DNA of 60,366 nucleotides, the filler included. It is 6 parts of 6 records of this genome, joined end to end, with 100 filler letters (N's around TTAATTAATTAA, not from the genome) between each part and the next. Parts side by side here need not be neighbours in the genome. Positions count along the whole stretch, not along the records: positions 1 to 14,636 come from SRR31156797_22319; 5 more parts are not named here. One strand, written 5' to 3'. Shown piece after piece: positions 1 to 10,975 of this stretch. A model generated the notes under the pieces. That model ran no database searches and had not been told where the DNA came from. It worked only from the letters and a program-made list of their open reading frames with translations. Both the position numbers and the translations under genes were made by a program. Numbering within the stretch: the stretch's first letter is position 1; each line of letters begins with the position of its first letter.

Positions 1-105
1 TGTTGCAGGCCATTTGCGGTAGCTTACTACCGGAGTCTTCGCTACCTGCTGCGTGACCTGCGCCTCGATCTGAGAGAAATTTCACTGATGAAAAATTCGG
101 TCTAG
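1..105. repeat. Truncated REP/MITE-like element related to 1750-1857
   Basis: Shares the ordered motifs GTTGC...TTCGCTAC...GCGCCTCG with the element at 1750-1857; non-coding; cut by the window start. Confidence 0.4.
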
Positions 106-529
106 CACAGCTCGACACCCTCTTCATACATACCACCAATCCACCTCCTGCAACAGGAGCTCGATCAGTTCCCATTCCTGCAAATCTGATATTCGATTCT
201 AAAAAATGGACATCGTTTATATCGCATTAAGCAGTTGCTTAACCCTCTCCAGCCCCAACCACTGATTTCGAACTTCAACAGCTAGTTGTACTGGACCTCC
301 TTACCCCAAATTGAGCGGGTCGCTAGAAAATCTCCTCATTTGATCCATAATGCCTTCGCATTTTCCATGTAACTATTCCACATGCATAAAAGAAATGTAC
401 AAACACAACAGAAGTCATCAGGTGCCAGTGCAACTCAATGTTTAACAAACAGTTCGTTGAGCCTGACACACGTTTGGTTCTCAATCAGAAGATTATTACA
501 GAAATTAACACCCAATAAAGGAGAAAAAA

Positions 530-1723
530 ATGAAAAAATTATTTGCGATCGGCCCAGCACTCCTGTTAGCAGGGAGTATTGCTACCGCAGCAGAAACTGA
601 AGACGAGTCAGGCATTACAATCACCGGTGATGCTCGTGCCCGGGTAATTTACAAAGACGCATATGATTTTGGTAACAGTGATGATGATGCAAGCATAACG
701 ATGGACTCCCGAGTACGTTTTGATGTCACCGGCACAGCAGCAGGCGGCGCTTATGTCATTGGTCGTATTCGTCTGGCAGAAGAAAAGTTTAACGGTGCTG
801 CTGACAGTTCACTCGACAATAATATCTATGTTGATAAAGCGTATATCGGCATTCCATTCAACGACGCCTTTAAGCTTGAGGCAGGTAAATATCGCGTTAG
901 CTACGGTAACGGTTTTATGTATGATGATATCGGCCTGGCAGGTTTCCGAGGTGTCTATAACACAGACAACTTCCGCCTCATTCCATTTTTAGAAGTGCAG
1001 TCTGAAGGTCAGGAATCTGATGATGAAACCGATGTAGCCGAAGATAACGATAGCTACCGTTACGGTCTTGCCGGTAACTACGCAATGGATGACTGGAACA
1101 TAGGTGCCATGGCAGCATACCAGACAGATGACCGAACGGCAGTTGACCCTGCGGAAGAAGGATTTTTCGGTACTCTGTTTGGGAAATGGAAAAGAGGACA
1201 ATTCGGCGTTGACGGGGAGTTCTCTTACGCGGAATCAGGCCTCGATGATTTCACAGGTACAGATGACGGTTACGGCGGATACATCCGTGGATTATGGTAT
1301 AAGGACGCCCTGACCATGTCGCTTGATCTTGGCTTCACCAAAGACGGTTTTACAGCTGATGAATACTATGGTTTTATAATGGTCGGTGGCGACCATCCAA
1401 TAACCGTTGACGAATTCGGTGATACCGGTGACTGGACGTGGGCCGGTCTGACCGCTAAATACGCACTTACCGATGCGTTGGATGTCACGGGCAACGTCGT
1501 CTATGTTAACATTGACGGCAATGATGATGTTGATGTTACGGACAATCGTCTTGCCAAGTATCTGGAGGTCTCAGGTGCTCTCAAGTATACCATATCCAAA
1601 GGATGTACCTTCTCTTGGTACGCTGGTTATTTGCAACCTGATTATGACGGTCGCCTTGACAGTGTCGGCGTTGAAGATGATGCAGCCTTTGGTACCTATG
1701 CGAAGTTTGACATAGCATTTTAG
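530..1723 (+). CDS. Outer-membrane beta-barrel protein / porin-like
   Basis: SD AAGGAG; signal peptide MKKLFAIG...ATA; amphipathic beta-strands rich in G/Y/D; C-terminal YAKFDIAF ending in Phe (BAM signal). Confidence 0.8.
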   Translation: MKKLFAIGPALLLAGSIATAAETEDESGITITGDARARVIYKDAYDFGNSDDDASITMDSRVRFDVTGTAAGGAYVIGRIRLAEEKFNGAADSSLDNNIYVDKAYIGIPFNDAFKLEAGKYRVSYGNGFMYDDIGLAGFRGVYNTDNFRLIPFLEVQSEGQESDDETDVAEDNDSYRYGLAGNYAMDDWNIGAMAAYQTDDRTAVDPAEEGFFGTLFGKWKRGQFGVDGEFSYAESGLDDFTGTDDGYGGYIRGLWYKDALTMSLDLGFTKDGFTADEYYGFIMVGGDHPITVDEFGDTGDWTWAGLTAKYALTDALDVTGNVVYVNIDGNDDVDVTDNRLAKYLEVSGALKYTISKGCTFSWYAGYLQPDYDGRLDSVGVEDDAAFGTYAKFDIAF

Positions 1724-1749
1724 TGTCCTCTCATACCTCAATTGTTGGC

Positions 1750-1857
1750 AAGAGCCTGTTATTTGGGCCCACTGACTTCGTTGCTTATTTGGTCACATAG
1801 GATTCGCTACGCTTCCTCATGCGCGCCTCGCAGGCAACCAAAATCGCCGACGCTCTT
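1750..1857. repeat. ~108-bp REP/MITE-like element with short terminal inverted repeats
   Basis: AAGAGC at 1750 and GCTCTT at 1852-1857; lies between the porin stop and its terminator; internal motifs shared with 1-105. Confidence 0.5.
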
Positions 1858-1898
1858 CTTCAACATTTAAAAATTGATATGACACTGGTCAGTCTCAA

Positions 1899-1930
1899 AA
1901 AAAGCGGATCTTTCTGAAGATCCGCTTTTT
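1899..1930 (+). terminator. Intrinsic terminator (possibly bidirectional) after the porin gene
   Basis: AAAAAGCGGATCTT-TCTG-AAGATCCGCTTTTT perfect hairpin with T-tract. Confidence 0.85.
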
Positions 1931-2298
1931 ACTTTTAGCAGTAATCTTCTCCGACTAAACACCAGACAGATCTTCTCTGCTCAAAGTACAGCACCATTCA
2001 GGTATAGGGTTTCCAGGACAGATAAAGCCAAAAGAAAGAAGGCTCCCTCTGTCCCCTCTGTATTTCCATACTCTTTCAGAATACAAAGTTTGGATCAAAA
2101 CCTACCGGTCTTCAAACAGTGTAAATGCTCACCCCACGAAAATTCCCACAGAACATTTTTACTCCCAAAAATCCATTTTTCTCCACATTTACTGCAAACT
2201 CGCTCCTTATAATCCATGCAAACATGAACTATGAGCTGAACGTTATCTCAAGTTCAAAATCAACCATGCCAATACACTGATTACGGAGGGGATCCAGG

Positions 2299-3492
2299 AT
2301 GAACAAGAAGGCATTATTTCAAACATTACCATTTTTTGCCCTGATAAGTACGTTGCCTATGGCGAGTTACGCTATGCAAAATATGGGAATGAACAATGAT
2401 GACACTAGCGGTCGTCAGGTTAAAAAAAAAGGCCCGACACACCATGCTCTCCCCACTACGGGACAGTCTGGCTGTTATGACTCCATGGACGAAATAGCCT
2501 GCCCCGAAGCCGGTGAACCATTCTTTGGTCAGGATTCTCAACATAGTAACTATATTAGCAATGGCGACGGAACTATAACAGACACTCTTACAGGTTTGAT
2601 GTGGCAGCAAACGCCTGTTGATCAAGGTTTCAGTTATGATGAAGCAGCAAACTCTTGCGAATCTCTGGAACTAGGAGAGCATAGTGACTGGAGAATGCCC
2701 ACAACCAAGGAACTCTTTTCTATTAGCGATTTTTCACAAGGCTGGCCTTATTTGAATACAAGCGTGTTCAACTTAGCGAGACCAGAAGTAAGTAAAGATG
2801 AACAATACTGGACAGAAAGATACGTCGGAACAACTCTTGAAGGTGGTCCGAATGCAGCTTGGGGTGTAAACCACGGAACCGGACATATCAAGGCTTATCC
2901 AGCTGATGTATCCGGCCCAATGGGGAATTATGTCCGTTGCGTTCGTGGAACCTCTGCTTACGGGGTCAATGATTTTAGAGACAATAGTGACGGTACTATT
3001 ACAGATCATGCCACAGGATTGATGTGGGAAAAGGAAGATAGCGGGATAGGGATGGATTGGGAGAATGCACTGGCTTATGCAGAAGAATCAAACTTGGCTG
3101 GTTATAATGATTGGCGATTGCCGAATATAAAAGAACTCCAGAGTATAGTTGATTACTCCAAATCACCAAGCGCAAACGATCTCGATGCTGTAGGACCGTC
3201 TATTGACACCAATTTTTTCAACATCACAATCCTTGAATCAGGAATAACAAATTACAGCGAGGATTATGGTTACTTCTGGAGTAGTACCAGCGCATATTTC
3301 AACCCTATGAGTCCTGAGTATTACTATGCCTGGTATGTGGCCTTTGGTACTGCCGTAGGCAATGATGGGGAAGATATGCATGGGGCGGGTGCTGTTCGAT
3401 TTGACACAAAAATCGAAGATGGGCCGCTGGCAGAAGGTGGCGAAAGATACTATAATTTTGTTCGCCTTGTACGTAACACAAACAAGCATTAA
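2299..3492 (+). CDS. Secreted protein with two DUF1566 (Lcl-like) domains
   Basis: Signal peptide; two copies of the NGDGTITD..TGLMW....WRLP..KEL.S motif; SD GGAGG. Confidence 0.85.
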   Translation: MNKKALFQTLPFFALISTLPMASYAMQNMGMNNDDTSGRQVKKKGPTHHALPTTGQSGCYDSMDEIACPEAGEPFFGQDSQHSNYISNGDGTITDTLTGLMWQQTPVDQGFSYDEAANSCESLELGEHSDWRMPTTKELFSISDFSQGWPYLNTSVFNLARPEVSKDEQYWTERYVGTTLEGGPNAAWGVNHGTGHIKAYPADVSGPMGNYVRCVRGTSAYGVNDFRDNSDGTITDHATGLMWEKEDSGIGMDWENALAYAEESNLAGYNDWRLPNIKELQSIVDYSKSPSANDLDAVGPSIDTNFFNITILESGITNYSEDYGYFWSSTSAYFNPMSPEYYYAWYVAFGTAVGNDGEDMHGAGAVRFDTKIEDGPLAEGGERYYNFVRLVRNTNKH

Positions 3493-4008
3493 GTAGAGAC
3501 TTCTCAAAAACGTTCAGCTCAACACTGCGACTATCAACTTTGAGCAGGAAACGGCAAGAGTAAAATTAATCCTGGCATTTTTTTTCTCTCTGGCCGTTTT
3601 TGCTAGCCCCACGTTGGGTATAAATGATTGTCGAGGGCAATTCAATTGCTGACACCCACATAAAAAAAACTATAAACGGTTTGCGGATTAGAGTTTACAC
3701 ATCTTGAGTAGTGCCTTGGAAAACTTTTGGCATTGTTACATGAAGCGGCGTTGCGTGAAAAAATAACCTTTTATCGCCAACCGCTCCATATCCCTCTAAC
3801 GCTGCAAGTCATTTATAAAAATCAGAGCTTGAATTTCCGGCTAATTCATTGCCGGGAACAATCACTAATGCTACAGTATATGATCCCTGATTTGCCAGCT
3901 AGTCTGCAGCTTTGCTCGCCGCGGTTTGATCTATGGCAGATGAAATGTCGAATCGCATATTGCGCGTTCGGTGATTATTGAGAAAACGTTAATTTTGAAT
4001 GTAGTACC

Positions 4009-4701
4009 ATGTCCCTAGTCTGCGAAAACATTACTTATACCTACCCTGGTGCAGAAGATCCAATCTTTACTGATGTGTCTTTTCACTTGCCAGCACCCGG
4101 ATTTCATTCATTCTCAGGCCCTTCGGGTGTTGGAAAATCCTCTCTTGCAAAAATCATCACCGGCGATATCTCCAGTTACTCTGGCAAGGTTTCAACTGAC
4201 GGGCTAAAAACAATCCTCTATTCACATAATAAGGAGCGACTACCCGGCTGGTCCAATGTGGATAGACACTTAAATCAGGTCATCCTGCCGTCAATGCATT
4301 CCCAAAAAGACGAGTTGATAAAAATTTTTGGTTTGTCCGAATGTATCAACTCTCGATTTGACCAACTTTCCATGGGACAACAAAACAGGGTTAATCTGAT
4401 CCGCTACCTGCTTCAGGACTGTGAGTTGCTGATCATGGACGAAAGCATGTCCAACGTCGATGAGTCCACCCGGGAAAAGATTATTCTGGCTATAAAGGCA
4501 ATGTTTCCTCAACGCTATTTTATCTATATTTCCCATAACATTATGGAAGTTGCTAAATTCTGTGATTCTATCCTGGTCTTCCGCACCAGCGACAAGGCAT
4601 CACCAATAGCTATGATTAAAGGATGCAACACAGGAAAAGGGGAAAGTCTTTCGCCCACAGCCCTTGAGGCAACTCTGCTGGAGATCATGAATGCTTCTTA
4701 G
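4009..4701 (+). CDS. ABC transporter ATP-binding subunit (NitT/TauT-like)
   Basis: Walker A GPSGVGKS, signature LSMGQ, Walker B LLIMDE, H-loop ISH. Confidence 0.85.
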   Translation: MSLVCENITYTYPGAEDPIFTDVSFHLPAPGFHSFSGPSGVGKSSLAKIITGDISSYSGKVSTDGLKTILYSHNKERLPGWSNVDRHLNQVILPSMHSQKDELIKIFGLSECINSRFDQLSMGQQNRVNLIRYLLQDCELLIMDESMSNVDESTREKIILAIKAMFPQRYFIYISHNIMEVAKFCDSILVFRTSDKASPIAMIKGCNTGKGESLSPTALEATLLEIMNAS

Positions 4702-5440
4702 GCGCATCTTCCAGTTCTTTATCATATATTGCCTGTTCATCCTCGGTTTGATGGTGCTGAAATACAGTTTGGATCTCTCCGACTACGTCATCCCTTCACC
4801 ATCCGGTATTTTGCAAACCCTGGCCGAGGAATATCGGCAATACAGCATCGCCACCATAAATACGATGACTGTGGCAATAATCGGCCAGGTCCTTTCGGTC
4901 ATCATGGCTTTTGTTATCGGGATAACAGGCCGTCAGTCTACTTGGCTTGGCTCATTTATTAAAGTCGCAGCCTATAATATCCAGGCATACCCTATTGTAG
5001 CGCTGGCTCCGATCCTCTTTATCCTCCTTGGAGACGGTTTTCTTACACGATTGCTGATAGCAGCCATGATCTGTTATTTCCCAGTGCTACTCTCCGTTTT
5101 AGGAATCATGTCAAAACCGATTGATGATATAGAACACTTTTACCGAGTCACCGACCGCATGCGATGGCAACTGGAAGTCAAAATCCGGACCTTTGAAAAT
5201 TTGACTCAACTAACGACCGTCGTTGCCGGCAGCGCCACACTGGCTGTGGCCGGAACCATTGTCGCAGAATTCATCGCAGCCAATGCCGGAATCGGCTACA
5301 ATATCCGCATTGCCCTCTATCAAAGTGACCTTAGCAAAATTTTAATCGCACTTTTTCTGATCGGTATCACCGTCGCCATCTACCAGGCACTGCTGGAATT
5401 ACTGGGAACGGCGGTAAAACGAACCTGGACAGGAAGGTAA
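4691..5440 (+). CDS. ABC transporter permease (SsuC/TauC-like)
   Basis: Multiple TM helices, YVIPSPS and IVAEF..ANAGIG motifs; overlaps the ATPase stop. Confidence 0.85.
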   Translation: MLLRRIFQFFIIYCLFILGLMVLKYSLDLSDYVIPSPSGILQTLAEEYRQYSIATINTMTVAIIGQVLSVIMAFVIGITGRQSTWLGSFIKVAAYNIQAYPIVALAPILFILLGDGFLTRLLIAAMICYFPVLLSVLGIMSKPIDDIEHFYRVTDRMRWQLEVKIRTFENLTQLTTVVAGSATLAVAGTIVAEFIAANAGIGYNIRIALYQSDLSKILIALFLIGITVAIYQALLELLGTAVKRTWTGR

Positions 5441-5500
5441 CTCTTCGCTCACAGATATAAGGGGCTGAATCAGACCTCTTAAACCTATCAAGGAACCAAA

Positions 5501-6505
5501 ATGATGCACAAAGCAAAAAACCTCATCCTTCCTGCCTGTATATCGCTAGTCATGGTACTGCTCATCACGACCAGCGTCGAAGGAAAAGAAAAAGTCATTT
5601 ACCGCCTAAAGTGGCTCCGTAACGTCAGCGTTATCGGCGCCTTGTATGCTGAAACTCACCATTTATTCGAGAAGGTCGACCTTGATGTGGAAGTGAAGGC
5701 TGGTGGCCCGGAGCGGGATGCAATCCGGGAGATAGAATTGGGGCATGCTCATTTTGGGGTGGCGTCCGCCGACCAGGTGCTTCGAGCCCGCACCAAAGGG
5801 TCACCAGTTGTAGTGCTCGCCCAGTTGTTCCAGGTCAACCCTTTGCAATGGATGTATCGCCCTGAAGAGATGCAGATCGAAAATCTTTCAGACCTGAAGG
5901 GAAAAGTCATCGGTGTAACATTTGGCGGTAACGATGAAACCATTATGCGCACCTCACTGGCTAAGGGAGGTCTCAGCAAATCGGACGTGACGCTGTCTAG
6001 TGTCCGCTATGATTACACGCCGTTTTACCGCCGTCAAGTACAGCTCTGGCCAGTCTATCGAAATGCCCAAGGACCAATAATTGCAGCACACCTTGAGAAA
6101 GCAAACGAAAAAACTTCTTTTTTCAATCCTGCGGAATTCGGGGTGAAATTCGTATCCAACTCCGTAGTCACCAACTCGCGCACCTTGGAGGAAAACCCTG
6201 AACTTGTGAAGCGGTTTTTGACAGCCCTGCTTGCAGGGTGGCAGCAGGCCCTACGTCTTGAAAATCACGAAGAAGCAATTAAAATCCTTCTCAAATACGA
6301 GCCCAATACACCGCTCTCGATTTTGGAAGAACAGCTGAAAATCACCCGCAAATTAATTCAGCCCAAAACCAACCTTACTATCGGCACCATCGATGAACCT
6401 GGCTGGGAGCAAACCGAGCGCATCATGCAGGCACAAAAACTGCTTCCAATGGGGGGTGTCGATTTCCAGGCTCTATTAAAGCCGGTCCACGGTGTCAATA
6501 AATGA
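5501..6505 (+). CDS. ABC substrate-binding protein, NMT1/THI5-like
   Basis: Signal peptide; RLKW, GGP, DLKGKVIG and NPELVKRFL.A...GW motifs typical of THI5/SsuA-class binding proteins. Confidence 0.8.
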   Translation: MMHKAKNLILPACISLVMVLLITTSVEGKEKVIYRLKWLRNVSVIGALYAETHHLFEKVDLDVEVKAGGPERDAIREIELGHAHFGVASADQVLRARTKGSPVVVLAQLFQVNPLQWMYRPEEMQIENLSDLKGKVIGVTFGGNDETIMRTSLAKGGLSKSDVTLSSVRYDYTPFYRRQVQLWPVYRNAQGPIIAAHLEKANEKTSFFNPAEFGVKFVSNSVVTNSRTLEENPELVKRFLTALLAGWQQALRLENHEEAIKILLKYEPNTPLSILEEQLKITRKLIQPKTNLTIGTIDEPGWEQTERIMQAQKLLPMGGVDFQALLKPVHGVNK

Positions 6506-6704
6506 GGCAGCGCATTGTGCGCCAAGCGGCCAGATAATTGAAACAAGCACATTGGTGTGTCATTTTACGCTAAGGAGAGGTGGGACAAACCAAAAGTACA
6601 TTCAGTGTTGCCTCCACCTTTCTACCTTTACTTTTTCCACCCTACCTCAACCCCATTTCTAAGTTTTATGGTGGACAGATGAGGGAGGGGAAAGATGGGC
6701 GCTT

Positions 6705-7007
6705 TTAGGGTTCAATTATGCGATAAAATTGATCGACAGGCAATTCCCCGCTTGCTTCTATCATTGTTTCAAGCAGCTTTGAATACTCCTCATCGTTGTC
6801 CATATCAGCGTCGATTCTCTCATAGTAAGCCAGTGAAGGATAGCGCGTCTGAATAGTCGCTTGGCCTCTCTGGCCAGCCAGGCTGTACATGAGTTCCACT
6901 GAGACCTCGGGGTGCTTTTGTTCCAGATAGGCTTTGGCTTTAATAAGTGCCTCAAAAAAAACAGAGTAATTCTCGCCATACTTTACGACTCTTTGATGGA
7001 TGATCAT
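6705..7007 (-). CDS. Small hypothetical protein (possible dimeric alpha/beta-barrel)
   Basis: 100-aa ORF with SD GGAG; YPSLAYYE pattern reminiscent of NIPSNAP/ABM-like proteins. Confidence 0.6.
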   Translation of the reverse strand: MIIHQRVVKYGENYSVFFEALIKAKAYLEQKHPEVSVELMYSLAGQRGQATIQTRYPSLAYYERIDADMDNDEEYSKLLETMIEASGELPVDQFYRIIEP

Positions 7008-7070
7008 TATACTCTCCGTATGTATTTTTTTTATAAATAGCCGTAGAGCGGCTGTGTCGAAACCTTCTGC

Positions 7071-8117
7071 TCACAATTTCCACCCATTGAACTGTAAAAA
7101 CGCAGCAAAATCATTCAAATCAGACGCACTCCTATACCACGGCTGTAGGCTGGTATAAAAAGGATTTCCGGTCAGTCCTGTATCCCCATAATCTTTATCC
7201 ATACCTACCAGAAGATCCAGACTCGGCAAACTGAGCAGCAGCATTTCCCACCATTTTACCGCGCCTTTGACATGTCCCTGCAAAGGCCAGTTGGCATAAT
7301 AAAAACTCGTCTCCCCCCCACCCGGCAACGGCAAATGACGAAGTGCAGCTGCGGGCACTTGCGGCGCAAAAATAACTTCCCGTTGGCCAAGGGTTTCTCT
7401 GGCTGCCACACGCACATCCATAATACGGTGCACATCTGGCCGTACAAAAATCTCAATCTGCTGAACCGGAGAAACCAGCTCCAAACGTGCCGGCAGTTCT
7501 TCTCCATAAATGGACAGGGTATCCTTGGGCCAATTATCAGGATATAACGCTTCTCCCAACCAGGCTGTAGGGATAACCGCTGCATAACAGCCGCAAGTAT
7601 GTACTGTCGTCACCAGAAGAGGTTGGTTGGACTCGTTAACAGTTATGATGACCAGCAGTCCTGGATGTTTACCAGCTGTAAGGTTAAAAGGGATGAGGCT
7701 GTATGGGGTTTCTTCAAAATGAATCCGGTAAATATGGTTGGTATAGGTTGCCCGAGCCGTGGAAAATTGTTTGACGGCTGTATACAGCGTCGGCTCCTCC
7801 CCATTGACAACAACCTGAACCTCACCATTTTTATGCACTGCCTCGACAGTACCGATCCTGTTGTGCTGACGATCAGCACCGTAAAGAGTAAAAACAGGAC
7901 TGTGGCGAAGCTGCCCATGAGACGGGACCACTGCGACGACTTCTACTGCTTCAGCATCAAGGGATACCGGAGGAACAAAAACACATCCGGATATCAAGAG
8001 AATACAGAGACAAACAACAGGAAATAGAAACACGCGGGCACAGTGAAGGTGATATATGCTTGTTGTCTCTTTCATGCCGCCACTGCTGCCTGACCAAATG
8101 AATAACATGGAGTCCAA
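7071..8117 (-). CDS. Hypothetical lipoprotein
   Basis: Hydrophobic stretch ending in lipobox ISGC; conserved-looking HTCGCY; true start probably downstream of 8117. Confidence 0.65.
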   Translation of the reverse strand: MDSMLFIWSGSSGGMKETTSIYHLHCARVFLFPVVCLCILLISGCVFVPPVSLDAEAVEVVAVVPSHGQLRHSPVFTLYGADRQHNRIGTVEAVHKNGEVQVVVNGEEPTLYTAVKQFSTARATYTNHIYRIHFEETPYSLIPFNLTAGKHPGLLVIITVNESNQPLLVTTVHTCGCYAAVIPTAWLGEALYPDNWPKDTLSIYGEELPARLELVSPVQQIEIFVRPDVHRIMDVRVAARETLGQREVIFAPQVPAAALRHLPLPGGGETSFYYANWPLQGHVKGAVKWWEMLLLSLPSLDLLVGMDKDYGDTGLTGNPFYTSLQPWYRSASDLNDFAAFLQFNGWKL

Positions 8118-8726
8118 TGAGAGTTCTTCTTTTTGAACAATGTAAAACCTATGGAGGAGATATTCAACCGTCAGCCGGCCTTTTCACAGACCTTGAACTT
8201 CGAGCCACTCTTCATGTTGTATGATTAAGAGGTTTCCATGTCCAAAGTAACCGCCTGCAATTCTAATGGGTTGGGTGGATAGAATTATGTGATTAGATAT
8301 TGCGTATGAATTATAGAAACAGACAGTGGCGAGGGAGTTCCATCGAAAATTGTTCTACATAATGGCTCCAAGCACCTCAGAACAACGGACAAATTGGCGG
8401 CAAAAAGTTGAAAAGGTGATTTTTCCATTTTCGATTGGAACTCACAAAAAACAGCTAACGGAAATGGAAAAGTAGTGCGAGCGCAACGATCTTAAAGGTT
8501 GTTGAACACACCCAAGGTATTAGCAAGAAATTCTCTTTCAGAGATTTATTATTACTTTTATTACATTCTTATGAATCCATTCTTCCCGATTATATACAGG
8601 GGACAGAGTGGAACGAAACCTCGCAAGTTTTACATTCACTCTGCCCCCTTTAACTTCTCAACGTTGAACCTAACACAGCCTAAACTGATGAGAATTCAAG
8701 TTAAGCATTCAACAGATCCGCTACGA

Positions 8727-9212
8727 CTAGAGGCTTGAGCCGACTGAATCTGCGAACAGGTTTGACGTTTCGCGGAGAGTAGCACAGAGAATTGCAGCAA
8801 TTTTTCGAATCAGCTTTACTCCGCATCGTGGAGATTGTTCGATAAGTGCGTCAAAGCTTTGCCTTGAAAGCACAAAAAGAGTAGAGGGCTCAGTAGCGAT
8901 AGCTGAGGCGGACCGTGTTTCATAGTCGATTAGGGCCATTTCCCCGAGTGTTGCACCGTTTGTTAATGACGCTATCGCAACTGAAATATCGTTTTCGGAG
9001 AGCTTTGATATTTCAATTCGGCCCTCAATAACAACAGCAAAGAAGTCCCCGTCGTCGCCCTCATGGAAAAGCACTTCATCTTCAACAAGTGAGTGAATCT
9101 TTGCATGTTTCACTAAGATGTCGATTTCATCATCCGACAAGTCCGTAAAAAGCTCTATTTGCCTGATATTCTGTCGTAGCACAGAAGATATTGTGTCGTG
9201 ATGTGTCGCCAC
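8727..9212 (-). CDS. Cyclic-nucleotide-binding domain protein (stand-alone)
   Basis: LFHEGD.GD, G..LGEMALID...RSASA phosphate-binding cassette; GTG start with SD GGAGG. Confidence 0.9.
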   Translation of the reverse strand: MATHHDTISSVLRQNIRQIELFTDLSDDEIDILVKHAKIHSLVEDEVLFHEGDDGDFFAVVIEGRIEISKLSENDISVAIASLTNGATLGEMALIDYETRSASAIATEPSTLFVLSRQSFDALIEQSPRCGVKLIRKIAAILCATLRETSNLFADSVGSSL

Positions 9213-10021
9213 CTGAGCACCTCCGCTGATTTCACTATAGGTTCAACTTCCTGGGCAGTTTCCTGCTAACTGCTACTATATGGATACCGATCCATTCCTG
9301 CCCGTCTTTTACAAGCATATGGTAGTTTCGCTCCTCTTGTCAAATTTGTATTGCTGCCGACGAGCCCCTTTGCTTATAGAAAAATTCTAAACGTTGGTAA
9401 AAAATTCATCCCAAAAGACCCAACTTTCATAATAGCGCACCAGGGTCATTGCTTGCGACGGGCAACCAGGTCCTATAAACGCTTCAGGTTACTACTGCGC
9501 ATGACCGATTTTGATTCTTTGTGTCAGCACTTTTCCACTAGATCGTTTTTCTAACAAGCATCAGGAACAAAAATACGTTTGGGGGAATCCTTCAGATAAG
9601 GGATTCGTCAAGGGATATCTCTTAAGACATGGTAATTACCAACATCGTGTACCGTTGATGTCCTTAAAAAAAAAGAGGTATATAGTACCTTACACGTGTA
9701 TTAAAGGTACGGCTTTCCTCCAAGGTGGATAACCGCTTCCCGCTTCCCCCTTCCTTATCACATTATGATACACTGCTGACATCAGACCAAAAGAGAATGC
9801 TTACAAACCAAGTGGACACATTGCCCCTACCCAGGGCATCCAACTGAGAGATCAAGATCTTGAAGAGATTAGTAAAGCATTGGAAGATGGTACTGTATCA
9901 GACAAAATACGCTTTACCCTAATGAACATAAACTAAAACTGTCCAGCAGAGATAGTGTTCTACCAAGGCCACCTCTGCTGAACGTATTCCAAGTGAAACC
10001 GTGAGTCTCTAGTTGGCCGCT

Positions 10022-10975
10022 TTATTCGTCCCAAAGGTTGCCAATAGAATATGGACCACCATCAAGAACCCAGAAGTCACCAGAAACATAGCGACGGTTG
10101 CGCTCAAGTGCTGCTATTTCCTTCATATCATCATCACCGAGGACGACACTTGCAGATTCCAAATTCTGTTTCAACCTCTCAGGATTTGATGATTTAGGAA
10201 TAACCACTGTATTACGGTTAATTGCCCAGCTGATAAGGATCTGAGCAGAAGTAGCCGACAACCTTTCGGCAACAGCTGCAATTTTTGCATCTTCAAGCAG
10301 AACAGGTTCATCTGCGGCCTTAAATTGTTCAGGCCTGTCACTTGACCCTAGTGGTGAGTAGGCAGTCACATGGATACCCTGCGAACTGCAGTACTCCAGC
10401 ATTCCCTGTTGCTGCAGATAGGGATGCAGTTCAATCTGATTCATTTCAGGCTTTACTTCTGCCACCTCAAGTAGTGCTTTCAGCTTGACAATGCTGAAAT
10501 TAGAGACACCGATGTGCCTGCAGAGGCCTTTCGCCACCAAGGGCTCCATCGATTTCCATGTTGTTGCAATGGGCAGATCATCTAAAGAGACAAAACCATC
10601 AGCCGATTCAGGAAAGACGACGTCATTTTTGTGGGCAATAGGCCAATGAATGAGGAACAAGTCCAGATACTCCACCTGAAGATCAGCTAGAGTTTTTTCA
10701 AGTGCTGGCAAAACATCTTCAGGTGCATGAGCGTCGTTCCAGAGTTTGGAGGTAATCCACAGCTGTTCACGAGTTACCACCCCTTCTGTAATAGCCTCGG
10801 AAATTGCCTGACCAATTTCCGCCTCATTGCCGTATATCGGTGCACAGTCGATGTGGCGGTACCCTATCTTCAACGCTTCTTTAACTGCCTTGTATACATC
10901 ACCTGGGGCTGCTTTCCAGGTTCCAAGACCGATAAATGGCATTTTGTCGCCATTGTCAAACTCTAACATTTTCAT
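10022..10975 (-). CDS. Aldo/keto reductase
   Basis: GLGTW, GYRHIDCA..Y, TSKLW, LIHWP, IGVSNF, IPKS motifs; start set at MKMLEF after SD GGAGG. Confidence 0.95.
   Translation of the reverse strand: MKMLEFDNGDKMPFIGLGTWKAAPGDVYKAVKEALKIGYRHIDCAPIYGNEAEIGQAISEAITEGVVTREQLWITSKLWNDAHAPEDVLPALEKTLADLQVEYLDLFLIHWPIAHKNDVVFPESADGFVSLDDLPIATTWKSMEPLVAKGLCRHIGVSNFSIVKLKALLEVAEVKPEMNQIELHPYLQQQGMLEYCSSQGIHVTAYSPLGSSDRPEQFKAADEPVLLEDAKIAAVAERLSATSAQILISWAINRNTVVIPKSSNPERLKQNLESASVVLGDDDMKEIAALERNRRYVSGDFWVLDGGPYSIGNLWDE

Noticed and set aside
3493-4008. Possible TPP or FMN riboswitch upstream of the THI5-like ABC transporter
   Set aside because: I could not find the conserved TPP (CTGAGA...) or FMN cores in the right context; substrate left unassigned
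9213-10021. Short ORFs and a possible gene remnant (about 9770-9936) in a long intergenic region
   Set aside because: No convincing start or recognisable motif
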